A stretch of DNA of 64,000 bases, taken from NCBI GenBank assembly GCA_003599755.1, contig QZJO01000009.1, positions 86,140-150,139 of the forward strand. Reading direction: 5' to 3'. The DNA is from Candidatus Parcubacteria bacterium (lineage in GTDB: Bacteria; Patescibacteriota; Minisyncoccia; Sungbacterales; SURF-37). Under the pieces are notes generated by a model, which made no database searches, was not told the origin of the DNA, and saw only the letters and a list, made by a program, of their open reading frames with translations. The stretch's first letter is position 1, and every line of letters begins with the position of its first letter. This document shows positions 35,635 through 45,684 of the stretch, one piece after another. The translations under genes were made by a program, and so were the position numbers.

Positions 35635-36306
35635 TTACTGGCAGCGACCTTGTTCAACGACGAGCAGTGCGGTGCCGCCGTTTGTCAGGTTGGAAGTAGA
35701 CATCTGGAATGCGGTTGTCGACGTTCCGCCGCCGTTTCCCACGTAGACGCGCACCCAACTGTTGTTCTCTCCTCTCAATTCAATGCATCCGCCCTGGCTC
35801 GCCGACGTTGACTCGACCGAGAGCGTAGTCGTTGCGGCAGATCCCAATGCCGCGTCTCCTGTTACGCCCAGTTCCTGATATGGACTGGTGGTGCCGGACA
35901 CGCCCAGGCGTGAATTAAAGACGCCAAGTTCATCAACGACCAGGTTGCCTTGCCCGGTCGTCGCTTGGCCCACGCCGAGTGCAACGCTGAAGTATCCCGA
36001 GCCGCTCACGTTGAACGTCGTTACCGGCGAGTTCGTCGAAGCGCCGGCGGATAGCGTGCTATAAAACAGGCCGACGCCCGTTGCCTGCAGCGTTGAGGAG
36101 GCATATACCGCGCCCGTAAGGGTAGACGCGCCCGTTACGGTCAGCGTGCCGTCCGTGTTGATATTCGTGCTGATCGTCGTGGCCGATAAGACGCTATAAG
36201 AAACCGCGAGTACGAATATGGCAGCCAAAAGACCGACCATAATGATATCCCGCTTCGACACCAGTGAACTGAACGTGGTCCGCATATGTTCTCCCGTTCT
36301 ATACAA
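35635..36306 (-). CDS. Secreted Thr/Ser/Gly-rich beta-strand protein
   Basis: Signal anchor, ATTISTNI.T.G.LTV and GGCIEL...GRC; start uncertain. Confidence 0.7.
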   Translation of the reverse strand: MYRTGEHMRTTFSSLVSKRDIIMVGLLAAIFVLAVSYSVLSATTISTNINTDGTLTVTGASTLTGAVYASSTLQATGVGLFYSTLSAGASTNSPVTTFNVSGSGYFSVALGVGQATTGQGNLVVDELGVFNSRLGVSGTTSPYQELGVTGDAALGSAATTTLSVESTSASQGGCIELRGENNSWVRVYVGNGGGTSTTAFQMSTSNLTNGGTALLVVEQGRCQ

Positions 36307-36423
36307 ATAAACACCGTATGCGACCGGAACGAAACCGCTTCCGGCTGAGTATTAGGGATAGGCGACTACCTATCGCCCTGCTTGCATTACTATACCAGGA
36401 AAAAAAACGTTCAATACCGCGGT

Positions 36424-36432
36424 TGTGGATAA
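36424..36432. promoter_or_regulatory. DnaA-box consensus
   Basis: TGTGGATAA between divergent genes. Confidence 0.6.
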
Positions 36433-36526
36433 CCGCTGATTATGTAACTGCTTCTTTACAACGGGTCACGATCGCCGTTTTGATCTGCCATACTGGGCCT
36501 ATCCGGCAGCGAATCCATATGACGCC

Positions 36527-37693
36527 ATGCAGCGGAAGCAAAAAATCCTATTCGTGATAACAAAATCGGTCTGGGGCGGCGCGGGCCGCTATGTCTATGA
36601 CCTCGCCACCCGATTGGATGACGCGGGGCCATTTGATATTGCCGTTGCCTGCGGCGGAAACGGTCCGCTTCTCGAAAAGCTCCGAGAGCGCGGCATCCGC
36701 ACCATTCCCTTGCCCTGGCTCGAACGAGATATCGGCATCGTGCGGGAGCTTGCCGCACTCGGAGCGCTCGTGGCGCTGTTTTTCCGCGAGCGACCGGACG
36801 TCGTCCATCTCAATAGTTCAAAAGTCGGAGGGCTCGGTGCGGTTGCTGCCGCCATCGCCCGGCTCGGCCGGCTTTCCACCCGCCCGCGCGCGATCTTTAC
36901 CGTGCACGGCTGGGCGTTTTATGAACCCCGTCCCCGTTGGCAGCGCTGGATCATCATGACCGCTTCATGGGCAACGGGGCTGCTCTGCGATCGCGTCATT
37001 CTCATCAATACGGCGGATCACCGTTCAGCCGCGCGTTTTATCTCGCACAAAAAACTCGCGCTCGTATTCCACGGCATTAAACCGCTTGCCGCGCTGCCGC
37101 GCGACGAAGCCCGCCGAGCGCTGGCCGTGCGCACCGGCTGGCCGTTCGCCATTGATACCGTGCTCATCGGCGCGATCGCGGAACTGACGCGCACCAAAGG
37201 CCTGGATATCCTGCTCGAGGCCGCCGAGGCGCTCAAAAACCGCGCGGGACGGGAGTCATGGCGCATCGTTATCATCGGTGAGGGCGAGGATCGCGCCAAA
37301 CTTGCCGCGCGTATTGCCGAGCGCGGCCTGACGAATGCCGTGGCGCTGGCCGGATTTATTCCCGATGCCGCAACCCTGCTTTCCGCATTCGACATATTCG
37401 TTCTGCCCTCGCGCAAGGAAGGCCTGCCCTATGCGCTTATGGAAGCCATGAGCGTTGGCGTGGCCGCGGTCGGCAGCCGCGTGGGCGGCGTGCCGGATCT
37501 TATTGAAGACAACGTGAGCGGCAAGCTCGTGCCGGCCGGCGATACGACAGCTCTTGCCGAAGCCATCGGCGAACTGATCGAACATCCCGGTCGGCGGCGT
37601 ATGATAGGTGAAAGCGCCCGTCAGCGCATTCGGTCCGCATTTCCCATCGACACCATGGTTCACCAGACCGCGGCTCTGTATTTGAACGCATAA
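36527..37693 (+). CDS. Glycosyltransferase family 4
   Basis: WGGAGRY, PDVVHLNSSK, FTVHGW and PSRKEGLPYALMEAM. Confidence 0.92.
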   Translation: MQRKQKILFVITKSVWGGAGRYVYDLATRLDDAGPFDIAVACGGNGPLLEKLRERGIRTIPLPWLERDIGIVRELAALGALVALFFRERPDVVHLNSSKVGGLGAVAAAIARLGRLSTRPRAIFTVHGWAFYEPRPRWQRWIIMTASWATGLLCDRVILINTADHRSAARFISHKKLALVFHGIKPLAALPRDEARRALAVRTGWPFAIDTVLIGAIAELTRTKGLDILLEAAEALKNRAGRESWRIVIIGEGEDRAKLAARIAERGLTNAVALAGFIPDAATLLSAFDIFVLPSRKEGLPYALMEAMSVGVAAVGSRVGGVPDLIEDNVSGKLVPAGDTTALAEAIGELIEHPGRRRMIGESARQRIRSAFPIDTMVHQTAALYLNA

Positions 37694-37697
37694 CTCC

Positions 37698-39149
37698 ATG
37701 CGCCGCTCACTCTCGCCCGCGACGCTCTTGATCCTGGTCGGCGATATCGCCGTATTCCTGGCAGCCATCACGATCACGCTCGTCATCCGTCACGGTGGCG
37801 CTCCCGATGCGTCGATCGTCGAACTTTATCGATTCGCCGCTCCGTTTCTCATCGCGCTCTGGGCGGCCGGTTTTACGATCTTCGGCCTGTACGATATCCG
37901 GTTCGTCAAAAACGATCCGCAATTTTTCGATCGCCTGCTGCGCGCGGTACTCTTCAACGGCGCGGTCACCGCGTTTTTCTTTTATGCGATTCCACGCTTC
38001 GGCTTGCGACCGCTCGGTTCTCTGGTTATTCTCACCGGCGTTCTTGCCGTTCTTACGCTCGGCTGGCGAGGGCTCGCGAATATCATCCTCGCCCAACAGC
38101 GCAAGGATCGGATCCTTTGGATCGGCATCACGCCCGACGTGCTGGCCATCGTCCGGTTCCTGCGGGCAAACCCCCAGCTTGGCTTCGCACCGGCGGCATT
38201 TTTACGCATGCATGGCGAAGACGACCTACGCCTGCACGCGACAAGTTTCAGCGAGCCGGTCTTTCCGGCCGAACATCCCCTCACCGATATTGTCGCGCGC
38301 GAGCGAATAACCCATATCGTTCTCTCCCCCGCCGTTCAGCAGTCGGCGACACTGGCCAAAGCGCTCTTTCGCGTCGTGCCGCTCGGCGTGACCGTCATGG
38401 AATTCGACAAATTCTACGAACTGGTCGAAGGTAAAATTCCCGTGGCGCATATCAACGAGGCGTGGTTTTTTGAAAATCTCATCGGCCAGCGGCGGCCGCG
38501 CTATGAATTCGGCAAGCGGATACTTGATCTTGGATTCGCCGTCCCGTGGGGTATCGCGATGCTCATACTCTTCGCGCCGATTGCGCTCGGCATCGTGCTC
38601 TCGACGCCGCGCGACATCCGCTCCTGGCGCGCGCGCCGCGCCCGGCCGGGCGATGGCATCATCTTTTTCCGCCAGCGGCGCGTCGGGCGCGATGGCCGCG
38701 TATTCCAGTTCGTGAAATTCCGCAGCCAGCGCCTCGGCGCGGAGCGCTACGGCAGCGAAAAATTCGCGGGCAGTCCGCCTGCCGGACGGGCAGGTCATGA
38801 TCCACGCACGTATCCGTTCGGTACGTTCCTCCGCAAAACGTATCTTGATGAATTGCCGCAGGTTTGGAATGTGCTCAAGGGCGACATGTCGTTCGTCGGC
38901 CCGCGGCCCGAGCGGCCGGAATTCGTGCGCGAGCTGGAACGAACCATCCCCTTCTACCGGACCCGGGAACTCGTGCTGCCCGGCATCACGGGCTGGGCGC
39001 AGATCAACATGGAAAACGACGCCTCGGTGTCCGACGCGCCCGAAAAACTCCAGTACGATCTGTATTACATCAAGAACCGTTCGCTCGCACTTGATCTCAA
39101 TATCCTCTTGAAGACCGCGTTGGCGCTTTTACGCCGGAGCGGACGCTGA
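37698..39149 (+). CDS. Polyprenyl-phosphate sugar phosphotransferase (WbaP/WcaJ family)
   Basis: KRILD, FFRQRRVG, KFRS, LDELPQ.WNVLKGDMSFVGPRPE and PGITGWAQ. Confidence 0.93.
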   Translation: MRRSLSPATLLILVGDIAVFLAAITITLVIRHGGAPDASIVELYRFAAPFLIALWAAGFTIFGLYDIRFVKNDPQFFDRLLRAVLFNGAVTAFFFYAIPRFGLRPLGSLVILTGVLAVLTLGWRGLANIILAQQRKDRILWIGITPDVLAIVRFLRANPQLGFAPAAFLRMHGEDDLRLHATSFSEPVFPAEHPLTDIVARERITHIVLSPAVQQSATLAKALFRVVPLGVTVMEFDKFYELVEGKIPVAHINEAWFFENLIGQRRPRYEFGKRILDLGFAVPWGIAMLILFAPIALGIVLSTPRDIRSWRARRARPGDGIIFFRQRRVGRDGRVFQFVKFRSQRLGAERYGSEKFAGSPPAGRAGHDPRTYPFGTFLRKTYLDELPQVWNVLKGDMSFVGPRPERPEFVRELERTIPFYRTRELVLPGITGWAQINMENDASVSDAPEKLQYDLYYIKNRSLALDLNILLKTALALLRRSGR

Positions 39150-39174
39150 TCATTCCTGCTGCCGCGGCAGGAGC

Positions 39175-39213
39175 GTAAAGAAACGGGCGTCTCAATGACG
39201 CCCGTTTCTTTAC
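39175..39213. terminator. Bidirectional terminator
   Basis: 17-bp stem between convergent genes. Confidence 0.75.
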
Positions 39214-40127
39214 TTCGCGTTTCGCATTTCCAGTTTTTTCTTTACCCGTTCGAGATGTTCCTTGTCGTGGCCGATCACGTCCTCAAGCGCCAGGCCTTGT
39301 TCGGCCAAGAGCGCATCGTTGAACGCGCGATCGGCGCGCAAGAGATCGGCCACCGCGCTAAGGCCGATATCCGCGGCATGCGTGATAAACGCGTCCATAT
39401 CTTTGGGAAAACAAAAACCCCCAACGCCGCGATACCCGCCGTAGAGCACGTCGATATGCGAATCGCCGATGCGGTGATCGGCGGCCATGCCGATGCGCAC
39501 GTTTTCATAATCCGCGCCCATGCGCTCGGCGAGTTTGGCAAGAGCATTCGCGAACATCACCTTGCGGTAAAAATGAACGTTGCGCGCGTACTTGATGATC
39601 TCGGCTTCGGTCGCCGTGATCGCCGTTCGCCGATAGGTGTTGATCCCCCAGGGCGACATGAACGGAGCCTTGGGCAGAAGCGATAACACGGCGTGTGCGG
39701 CATCCTGGCTTTGGCTCGTGAAGCCCACAATCTGGGCATCGGGCCGGACAAAATCCTCCCAGGCGAATTTTTCAGTCAGATTCTCGGGATTGAAAAGAAC
39801 TTTGTGCTCGGGAAATTTTTCCTGAAACGCTTCGGTCGTCCCGGGCGGTACCGTGGATTTGATCACCATGATTTTTGGCGAATGCACGAGCCGGAACGCG
39901 GATTCTACCGCGGCAAGATTCGCCCGGCCGTCCGGCATCCGCGGCGTCGGCACGCAAATGAACACCACCGCGGCCTTGTCCGGGTCGTCGGACATGGCTT
40001 TGGCCGGATCGGTATCGTACAAAAAGAGATCCTTGCCGCGCTCATAGCCGCGCATTTCTTGGAAATAGCGGGCAAGCGGCGTGCCCACCATCCCTACCCC
40101 GATCACCGCAACGGGAATTCGGCTCAT
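39210..40127 (-). CDS. UDP-glucose/GDP-mannose dehydrogenase family (short form)
   Basis: VIGVGMVG, FICVPTP, IKSTVPPGT, NPE and GGFCFPKD. Confidence 0.9.
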   Translation of the reverse strand: MSRIPVAVIGVGMVGTPLARYFQEMRGYERGKDLFLYDTDPAKAMSDDPDKAAVVFICVPTPRMPDGRANLAAVESAFRLVHSPKIMVIKSTVPPGTTEAFQEKFPEHKVLFNPENLTEKFAWEDFVRPDAQIVGFTSQSQDAAHAVLSLLPKAPFMSPWGINTYRRTAITATEAEIIKYARNVHFYRKVMFANALAKLAERMGADYENVRIGMAADHRIGDSHIDVLYGGYRGVGGFCFPKDMDAFITHAADIGLSAVADLLRADRAFNDALLAEQGLALEDVIGHDKEHLERVKKKLEMRNAK

Positions 40128-40215
40128 GGCAAAAATATTCAGAATTATTGCACTATGAGTGATACCGCCAGTCGCGCGCTTCCGTTTTACCTCGCGCCAG
40201 AACGCTTGCAAAGCT

Positions 40216-42405
40216 TCATAATCCCTGCCGGATCTGGTCGATCAGCTGCTCGCCGCGCTCTTTGAACAGCGGCTCAAGGCGGATCGCTTCTTCGAGCGCG
40301 GCGATCGCCTCTTGATTGCGGCCAGCCCGATAATACATGGCGCCGAGATTCGCATGCGCTTCGGCGCTCTGGGGCGAAGCCGCGACCGCGGCCTCTGAGA
40401 GAGCGACCGCCTTGGCAAAGTCCCCCGCGCGCGCATATGCCTCGGCAAGGCGGGGCTCGGCAGGCGTTCGCGTGCCGTAGAAATCCTCCATGATCTGCTC
40501 GGCGTCGGCCGCGCGGCCGGCAAGAATGAGAATCATCGCGTAGTTCCGCGCCGCCTCGGGATAATCGGGCGCAAGCTCGTAGGCGCGCTGCAATGAACGG
40601 ACCGCGCCTTCGGCGTCATTCGCGTTCAGATACGCTTCGGCGGCGATAAAGTAAAACTGCGGCCGCTGATCGGAAAGCTGGAATAATTCATCGAGCACGG
40701 CAAGGGCTTGAGCCGTTTGCCCCACCGCGAGGTACAGGGACGCGGAAAACACCTTGGATCGCACGTCCGTCGGGAATTCCTCGCGCTGCGCTTCATGCTC
40801 GGCGATCGCGAATTGGAGGAATTTAAGGCGGTCTTGCTCCGCGAGCGATTGATCCGCCGCGAGCGCAGTGGCGATCTGCGCGGCCTGCTCGCGAATTTCG
40901 GTCGCGCCGAACGTATTGCGATCGAGTCCGCCTTGGAACGTCGCGATGAGCGAATCTACCTTGCCTGCTGCGGGCGCGATGCCGTTGATTCTCAAGCCGT
41001 CCAAAATCGATTTGGCGGCAAGCATCGGCTGGATATTCGCAAACCATAGCGCGGCAACGACTACGATCGCGGCAGCGCCGGCCGCGCCCGCAGCGGGTAT
41101 GAGCCCGAATGCGCGAACCGATGACCGCGCCTCGCCGCGCGCGGCCGTCGCGAAGCTATGGATGTACGCAAGCACGGCGAAGAATAGAAGATAACTCGTG
41201 AGGTTATCGAAAACGAATACATTCTGGAACATATGCGCCGCAATAAGCGCTCCGAACACGGCAAATGTCGCCGCGTTCATGCTGCCGCCGCGATGCAGTG
41301 TCCAAAGCAGCCAGGCCGCGGCGGCGTACATGCTCAGATACGCGACCAGGCCGAATATGCCGCCGGCGATCAGCCAATCCAGGAATACGTTATGTGCGCG
41401 ATCGAACCACGGCTCCTGGCGCCAGAGCGCCGGGTCGTAATATTTCGAAAACACGTAGACGAACGAATCCTGTCCCCAGCCGATGATCGGCCGCTCCTGC
41501 CAGCCCTCGAAGGCCATCCGCCAGATGATGAAGCGGGATTGCGTCGTGGTTTCGGAAAGCGATATGGCGGCGAAGCGCGATAGGACGTCGCTTTGGCGCA
41601 CGAATGCCGTATCTCTCACGAGGAAAAACAACACCGGCAGCGCGATTGCCGCGCCGATCGCGCCGAATGCCAATCGCCGGGCCGCGCCGCGGGCAGACCA
41701 GGCAAAGAGGAGGCCGAACACGAACAATCCGCCCAAAAACCCGAGCATCGCGCCGCGGGTCGCGGTGAAGTAGAGCATCACGAGCTCCAGCGCAAACGCC
41801 GCTGTGAGCGCGGCGCGCAAATACCAATTCTTGGTATCGAGTACGAACCAAAGAATGAAGAACAGATTGAATACCAAATACGCCGCATAATACGTGGCGT
41901 TGCCGAACGTCGCGTCCACGCGCGTGCCGCCTTGATGAATTTCAAATACGCCCGCAAGCTGCAGGAGGCCATAGATCGCTGTGGCTATGCTTACGACGAC
42001 GCTCGTGCCGAAAAACAGTCGCCAATCCCATTCAGTGCGAAACGCCGCGGCCAACAGGAAAAAGAAAAGACCGAGATGCAAGATACCAAGGTACCCTTCC
42101 ATTCGCTCGAAGTTGGACCAAAAGCTGTGATATGGCGAGATACCGAATGCCGTAGCCGCGCCCATGACAATAAGAAATGCGAGCACGGCCCAGGCGATTG
42201 TCGACGAACGCGGTCGGAATCGCGGAAACCGGAATGCCGCGTATACCCACACGACCGCGAGCAGTTCGATCAGGACCCGAAACAAAAAGTTCTTTCCCGT
42301 GATGAACGGAAAATAAAGCGAACGCGTAACGACGAAAACTAAAAACGGCGTCACCAAGAGGCCGATCTTCAGGGTCCACGAAAGCGTTTTTTCAGTATCT
42401 GACAT
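40216..42405 (-). CDS. O-antigen-ligase-like membrane protein with C-terminal TPRs
   Basis: SNFERMEG, ATFGN, TATRG, RPIIGWG and FDRAHN..LD; TPR-like helices. Confidence 0.88.
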   Translation of the reverse strand: MSDTEKTLSWTLKIGLLVTPFLVFVVTRSLYFPFITGKNFLFRVLIELLAVVWVYAAFRFPRFRPRSSTIAWAVLAFLIVMGAATAFGISPYHSFWSNFERMEGYLGILHLGLFFFLLAAAFRTEWDWRLFFGTSVVVSIATAIYGLLQLAGVFEIHQGGTRVDATFGNATYYAAYLVFNLFFILWFVLDTKNWYLRAALTAAFALELVMLYFTATRGAMLGFLGGLFVFGLLFAWSARGAARRLAFGAIGAAIALPVLFFLVRDTAFVRQSDVLSRFAAISLSETTTQSRFIIWRMAFEGWQERPIIGWGQDSFVYVFSKYYDPALWRQEPWFDRAHNVFLDWLIAGGIFGLVAYLSMYAAAAWLLWTLHRGGSMNAATFAVFGALIAAHMFQNVFVFDNLTSYLLFFAVLAYIHSFATAARGEARSSVRAFGLIPAAGAAGAAAIVVVAALWFANIQPMLAAKSILDGLRINGIAPAAGKVDSLIATFQGGLDRNTFGATEIREQAAQIATALAADQSLAEQDRLKFLQFAIAEHEAQREEFPTDVRSKVFSASLYLAVGQTAQALAVLDELFQLSDQRPQFYFIAAEAYLNANDAEGAVRSLQRAYELAPDYPEAARNYAMILILAGRAADAEQIMEDFYGTRTPAEPRLAEAYARAGDFAKAVALSEAAVAASPQSAEAHANLGAMYYRAGRNQEAIAALEEAIRLEPLFKERGEQLIDQIRQGL

Positions 42406-42493
42406 GGCAAAATCCAGTGTAGCACCGCCCGCCAAAAAAGAAAGCGCCACCCCGATGCGCATCGGGGCGGCGCGAAGCCGGAAAGAACGAGAA

Positions 42494-43417
42494 TCAGCCG
42501 ACGCCCGGCAGGAAAACCTGCTCGTGCAGCCGCGGGATGTCGGTGAGGTCGGCGTATGGATGCTCCGGCATCGTCTTCAGCTCCGAGAGAAAGTTCCAGG
42601 AACCCATGTAGGTGTTGCCCGCAATCATGCGCGCTCTGGGCCGGAACTTGCCGCCGAACGTCCAGGCGAACGAACTGGCTCGGATGTCGAGCTGGTACAA
42701 CATGCGCCGAGAGCGAGAGAGCTCCTGTTCGATCTCATCGAGTCCAGTGACATCGAGCGCCGGATGCGTCACGGTGTGCGAGGCGATCTCCATGCCGCTG
42801 TCAGCCATGGCCTGGAGTTGATCGGCGCTCATGAAATACTCGCAGGCGAAGCGCTCCTGCGAGCCGCTGCCGAGCCACCCATCGAACATCTCGTCAAGCT
42901 TCTCCACCTTGAACGACTGCGATGGCCAGTGGTTGAACATCCACTTTATGCGCCGCATCTCCGGCGCCTCACCCATCTTGCGGCCGCTGGTGTCGTAGCG
43001 CTTCGGGTCCAGGAGATCGAGGTACGGCGTGCCGGCGAAGACCTTGGGCAAGATCTCACGCTCCAGACGTTCGGCGCCGAGCTCGGCGATGAGGATCTGG
43101 AAACCGATGACTGGCGGCAGCTTACGCTCGAAGGCGCACGTAATGACGAAGAACGTGGCCGGAACGCCGCACTCCTGGAGGATCGGGAAGGCCGTAGTGA
43201 ACTGATCACGAAGACCATCGTCGAACGAGAGCGTGACGTGCTTGTCGGGGAGGGGCTCCTTGGCATCCAGCCGCCCGGCTACCTCCCCGCACGTCAAGAA
43301 CTGGTAGCCGTCGCCCTTCAGCGCTTCGATCTGCTTCCGAAGGCGGCTCGGCGCGCAGTTGGGGCCGGGGGCTGCGCTATCACGAATATAGTGGTAGCCC
43401 AGATGCAACGCCTGCAT
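42494..43417 (-). CDS. Polysaccharide deacetylase family protein
   Basis: YHY, LSFDDG, ATFFV and GMEIASHTVTH. Confidence 0.85.
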   Translation of the reverse strand: MQALHLGYHYIRDSAAPGPNCAPSRLRKQIEALKGDGYQFLTCGEVAGRLDAKEPLPDKHVTLSFDDGLRDQFTTAFPILQECGVPATFFVITCAFERKLPPVIGFQILIAELGAERLEREILPKVFAGTPYLDLLDPKRYDTSGRKMGEAPEMRRIKWMFNHWPSQSFKVEKLDEMFDGWLGSGSQERFACEYFMSADQLQAMADSGMEIASHTVTHPALDVTGLDEIEQELSRSRRMLYQLDIRASSFAWTFGGKFRPRARMIAGNTYMGSWNFLSELKTMPEHPYADLTDIPRLHEQVFLPGVG

Positions 43418-43524
43418 CGCTTACCTCTTTCTGGCGCGCGTGCGCCGATCGACGTGATGGTGCTGCTTCAAAAACAGTGATAACCGTAGCATAACTACGG
43501 CTTCTGTCAATACTCTGACAGTGC

Positions 43525-43998
43525 TTATTTCCACCCCGGCACTGCTTCCAACGCCACCAGATCCTTCGCCGGAATTTTGATAATGACGAGGCGCGCGGTC
43601 CCCTCGGCGCGATGCGCATGCGGCTGGCCAGCGGGAATCCAGAGCCAATCCCCCGGCCGCAGCGCCACTTCGGTTCCATTTCTGATTTCACTCGCTTTGA
43701 TCTCGCGGTCATCCACGCCGCCGTCCAGCAATTTCTTTGCCCACGGTTCGACGAGCTCGCCACCATATACAAACGTCACCTCACCCTCGAGGCATTGCCA
43801 CAAATCACTCTCGTGCCGATGCACTTCGGCTTCATTGACGACCGCGTAATCTTCGAGAATGTTGATCGGCAAGCCGTGCCGCAGCGCGAGCGATTTCAAC
43901 GGCTCAAGCAAACGCTTGCCTGCGCTCGGCTCCGTGCCGAGCGTTTCGTCGATGGCTGATTTGCGAATCACGGCGCACTGCGCCAGCACGGATGCCAT
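43525..43998 (-). CDS. Cupin-domain protein
   Basis: AEVH.HE.D....LEG ... LRPGD.L.IPAGQPH. Confidence 0.8.
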   Translation of the reverse strand: MASVLAQCAVIRKSAIDETLGTEPSAGKRLLEPLKSLALRHGLPINILEDYAVVNEAEVHRHESDLWQCLEGEVTFVYGGELVEPWAKKLLDGGVDDREIKASEIRNGTEVALRPGDWLWIPAGQPHAHRAEGTARLVIIKIPAKDLVALEAVPGWK

Positions 43999-43999
43999 G

Positions 44000-44863
44000 T
44001 TATCCCAATGCAATGAGCATGACGCCGGCAATCATGAGTAATGCGCCGGCAAATCGCTCCCGGATATGATCTTCGTGAAAGAATACGCGGCCGCCGATCA
44101 CGTTGAACAACATACTGACGCGCTTGATGGATATGAAATATGCTGCGGGCATGAGCGAGAGTCCGAAATAATGGAGGCCGAACGAAAACCCCGAGAGAAT
44201 CGAAAGACCGCCGAGCATGCCCCCGTGCCCGGCAATCGAAACGCCGGTGCCGCGCCGGAACGCTATCGGCGTCAACGCGAGCGCAATGGCTGCGGTCAAA
44301 TAAAATGCCGTCAGAAACGGCGAGGCGAGATTCGTGACGACATAGCGCGTCGTCACGATCGATATCGAAACCAGGAAAGAGCCGGTCAGAATCAGCACCG
44401 TTCCCGGTTCGGCGAACACATTGGCGATGCTTTGGCTGAGCGAATGCGTCTGGCCGATACGCCAGCCGAGTACGAATGCGCCCGCAACGATCGTGAAAAT
44501 ACCGACGAGACCGATCATGGTCGGCTGCTCGCCAAGAATGACGTACCCCACCGGAATTAAAAATATACTTGTCGACGCGTGCAGCGGCGCCATGAGCGAA
44601 AGCGGCGAGCGCTGGATGGCATGATATCCGACATAGAATTGAAAAATCTCCAGGGGCGTGTTGATCACGGCGATAATCAGCCAAAACGACAGTTCCGGCA
44701 CGTGCCATTCGGAAAAAATAGTTACCGCAAGCGCGAGAATCGGCAATGCGGAGGCCAGGCGCAGCCAAATCAAAAAGAACGTATCCTCGCCCTTCAGTTT
44801 CTTAATGAAAACGTCCGAGAACGAGACCGTCAGCGCGTTCGCGACAGCGACGAATGGTCCCAT
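44000..44863 (-). CDS. EamA/DMT family transporter
   Basis: About 10 TM helices in two repeats; LGEQP and FFHE motifs. Confidence 0.85.
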   Translation of the reverse strand: MGPFVAVANALTVSFSDVFIKKLKGEDTFFLIWLRLASALPILALAVTIFSEWHVPELSFWLIIAVINTPLEIFQFYVGYHAIQRSPLSLMAPLHASTSIFLIPVGYVILGEQPTMIGLVGIFTIVAGAFVLGWRIGQTHSLSQSIANVFAEPGTVLILTGSFLVSISIVTTRYVVTNLASPFLTAFYLTAAIALALTPIAFRRGTGVSIAGHGGMLGGLSILSGFSFGLHYFGLSLMPAAYFISIKRVSMLFNVIGGRVFFHEDHIRERFAGALLMIAGVMLIALG

Positions 44864-44865
44864 GA

Positions 44866-45582
44866 TTAGGATTTGAAACTCTCGGCAGCGCGCTCGGCCA
44901 GATGCCAATCCTCGGGGCTGTCGATGTTCACGCTGTATCGTTCTTCAACCGGATACAACTTTACCCTGTTACCGTACAGCGACGGCTCGTTTGAATCGAA
45001 CAAAAGACCGGCCCTGAAGAGGTAGATTGCGCCGTTATGGGTATATGTTTTTTGCGGGAAGTCCTGGCGCCGCGGGATACGGCTCTTGATCGGTCCGCCG
45101 ATAAACAGCGACCCCCATCCCTCTTCATCGATGATCTCAGCCCAGTAAGGACTATAATGCCCGGGGATTTCCACGACCGAGACGAGCGAATCCGCGCCGC
45201 TTTCGGAAAAAACTTTCACCGCATCCCGAATATGCGCTGCCTGACGGAACGGCGCGGTTGGCTGCAGCAGCATAATGGCATCGGGCTCATAGCGCTCCTG
45301 GTCTTTGAGCCACTGCACCGCGTGTTGGAGCACGGGCAGCGTAGGCGTTTTATCTTCGGCAAATTCTTTTGGCCGCATGAATGGTACTTCGATCCCCCAT
45401 TGTTTCCCGACCGCGGCGATCTCGTCATCGTCAGTTGTCAAAATAATGCGATCAAAGACGCCGGCTTGTTTTGCCGCCTCGATAGTCCAGGCGATCAGTG
45501 GCTTGCCGCCGAGGTCCTTGATGTTTTTGCGCGGAATGGATTTTGACCCGCCGCGCGCGGGGATGATGCCGAGAATTTTCAT
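44866..45582 (-). CDS. neuA: CMP-nonulosonate (acylneuraminate) cytidylyltransferase
   Basis: IIPARGGSK.IPRKNI, LLQPT.P.R, RRQD, NGAIY and IDS.ED. Confidence 0.93.
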   Translation of the reverse strand: MKILGIIPARGGSKSIPRKNIKDLGGKPLIAWTIEAAKQAGVFDRIILTTDDDEIAAVGKQWGIEVPFMRPKEFAEDKTPTLPVLQHAVQWLKDQERYEPDAIMLLQPTAPFRQAAHIRDAVKVFSESGADSLVSVVEIPGHYSPYWAEIIDEEGWGSLFIGGPIKSRIPRRQDFPQKTYTHNGAIYLFRAGLLFDSNEPSLYGNRVKLYPVEERYSVNIDSPEDWHLAERAAESFKS

Positions 45583-45684
45583 ACCATGCTCAGTGTAGCG
45601 GTTATTGACAAAACAGACAAGAAATGATATTTACGAATGGCTTATAAAACGTTCCTTCCACCACTACCCGTCTCAGGAGGCATC

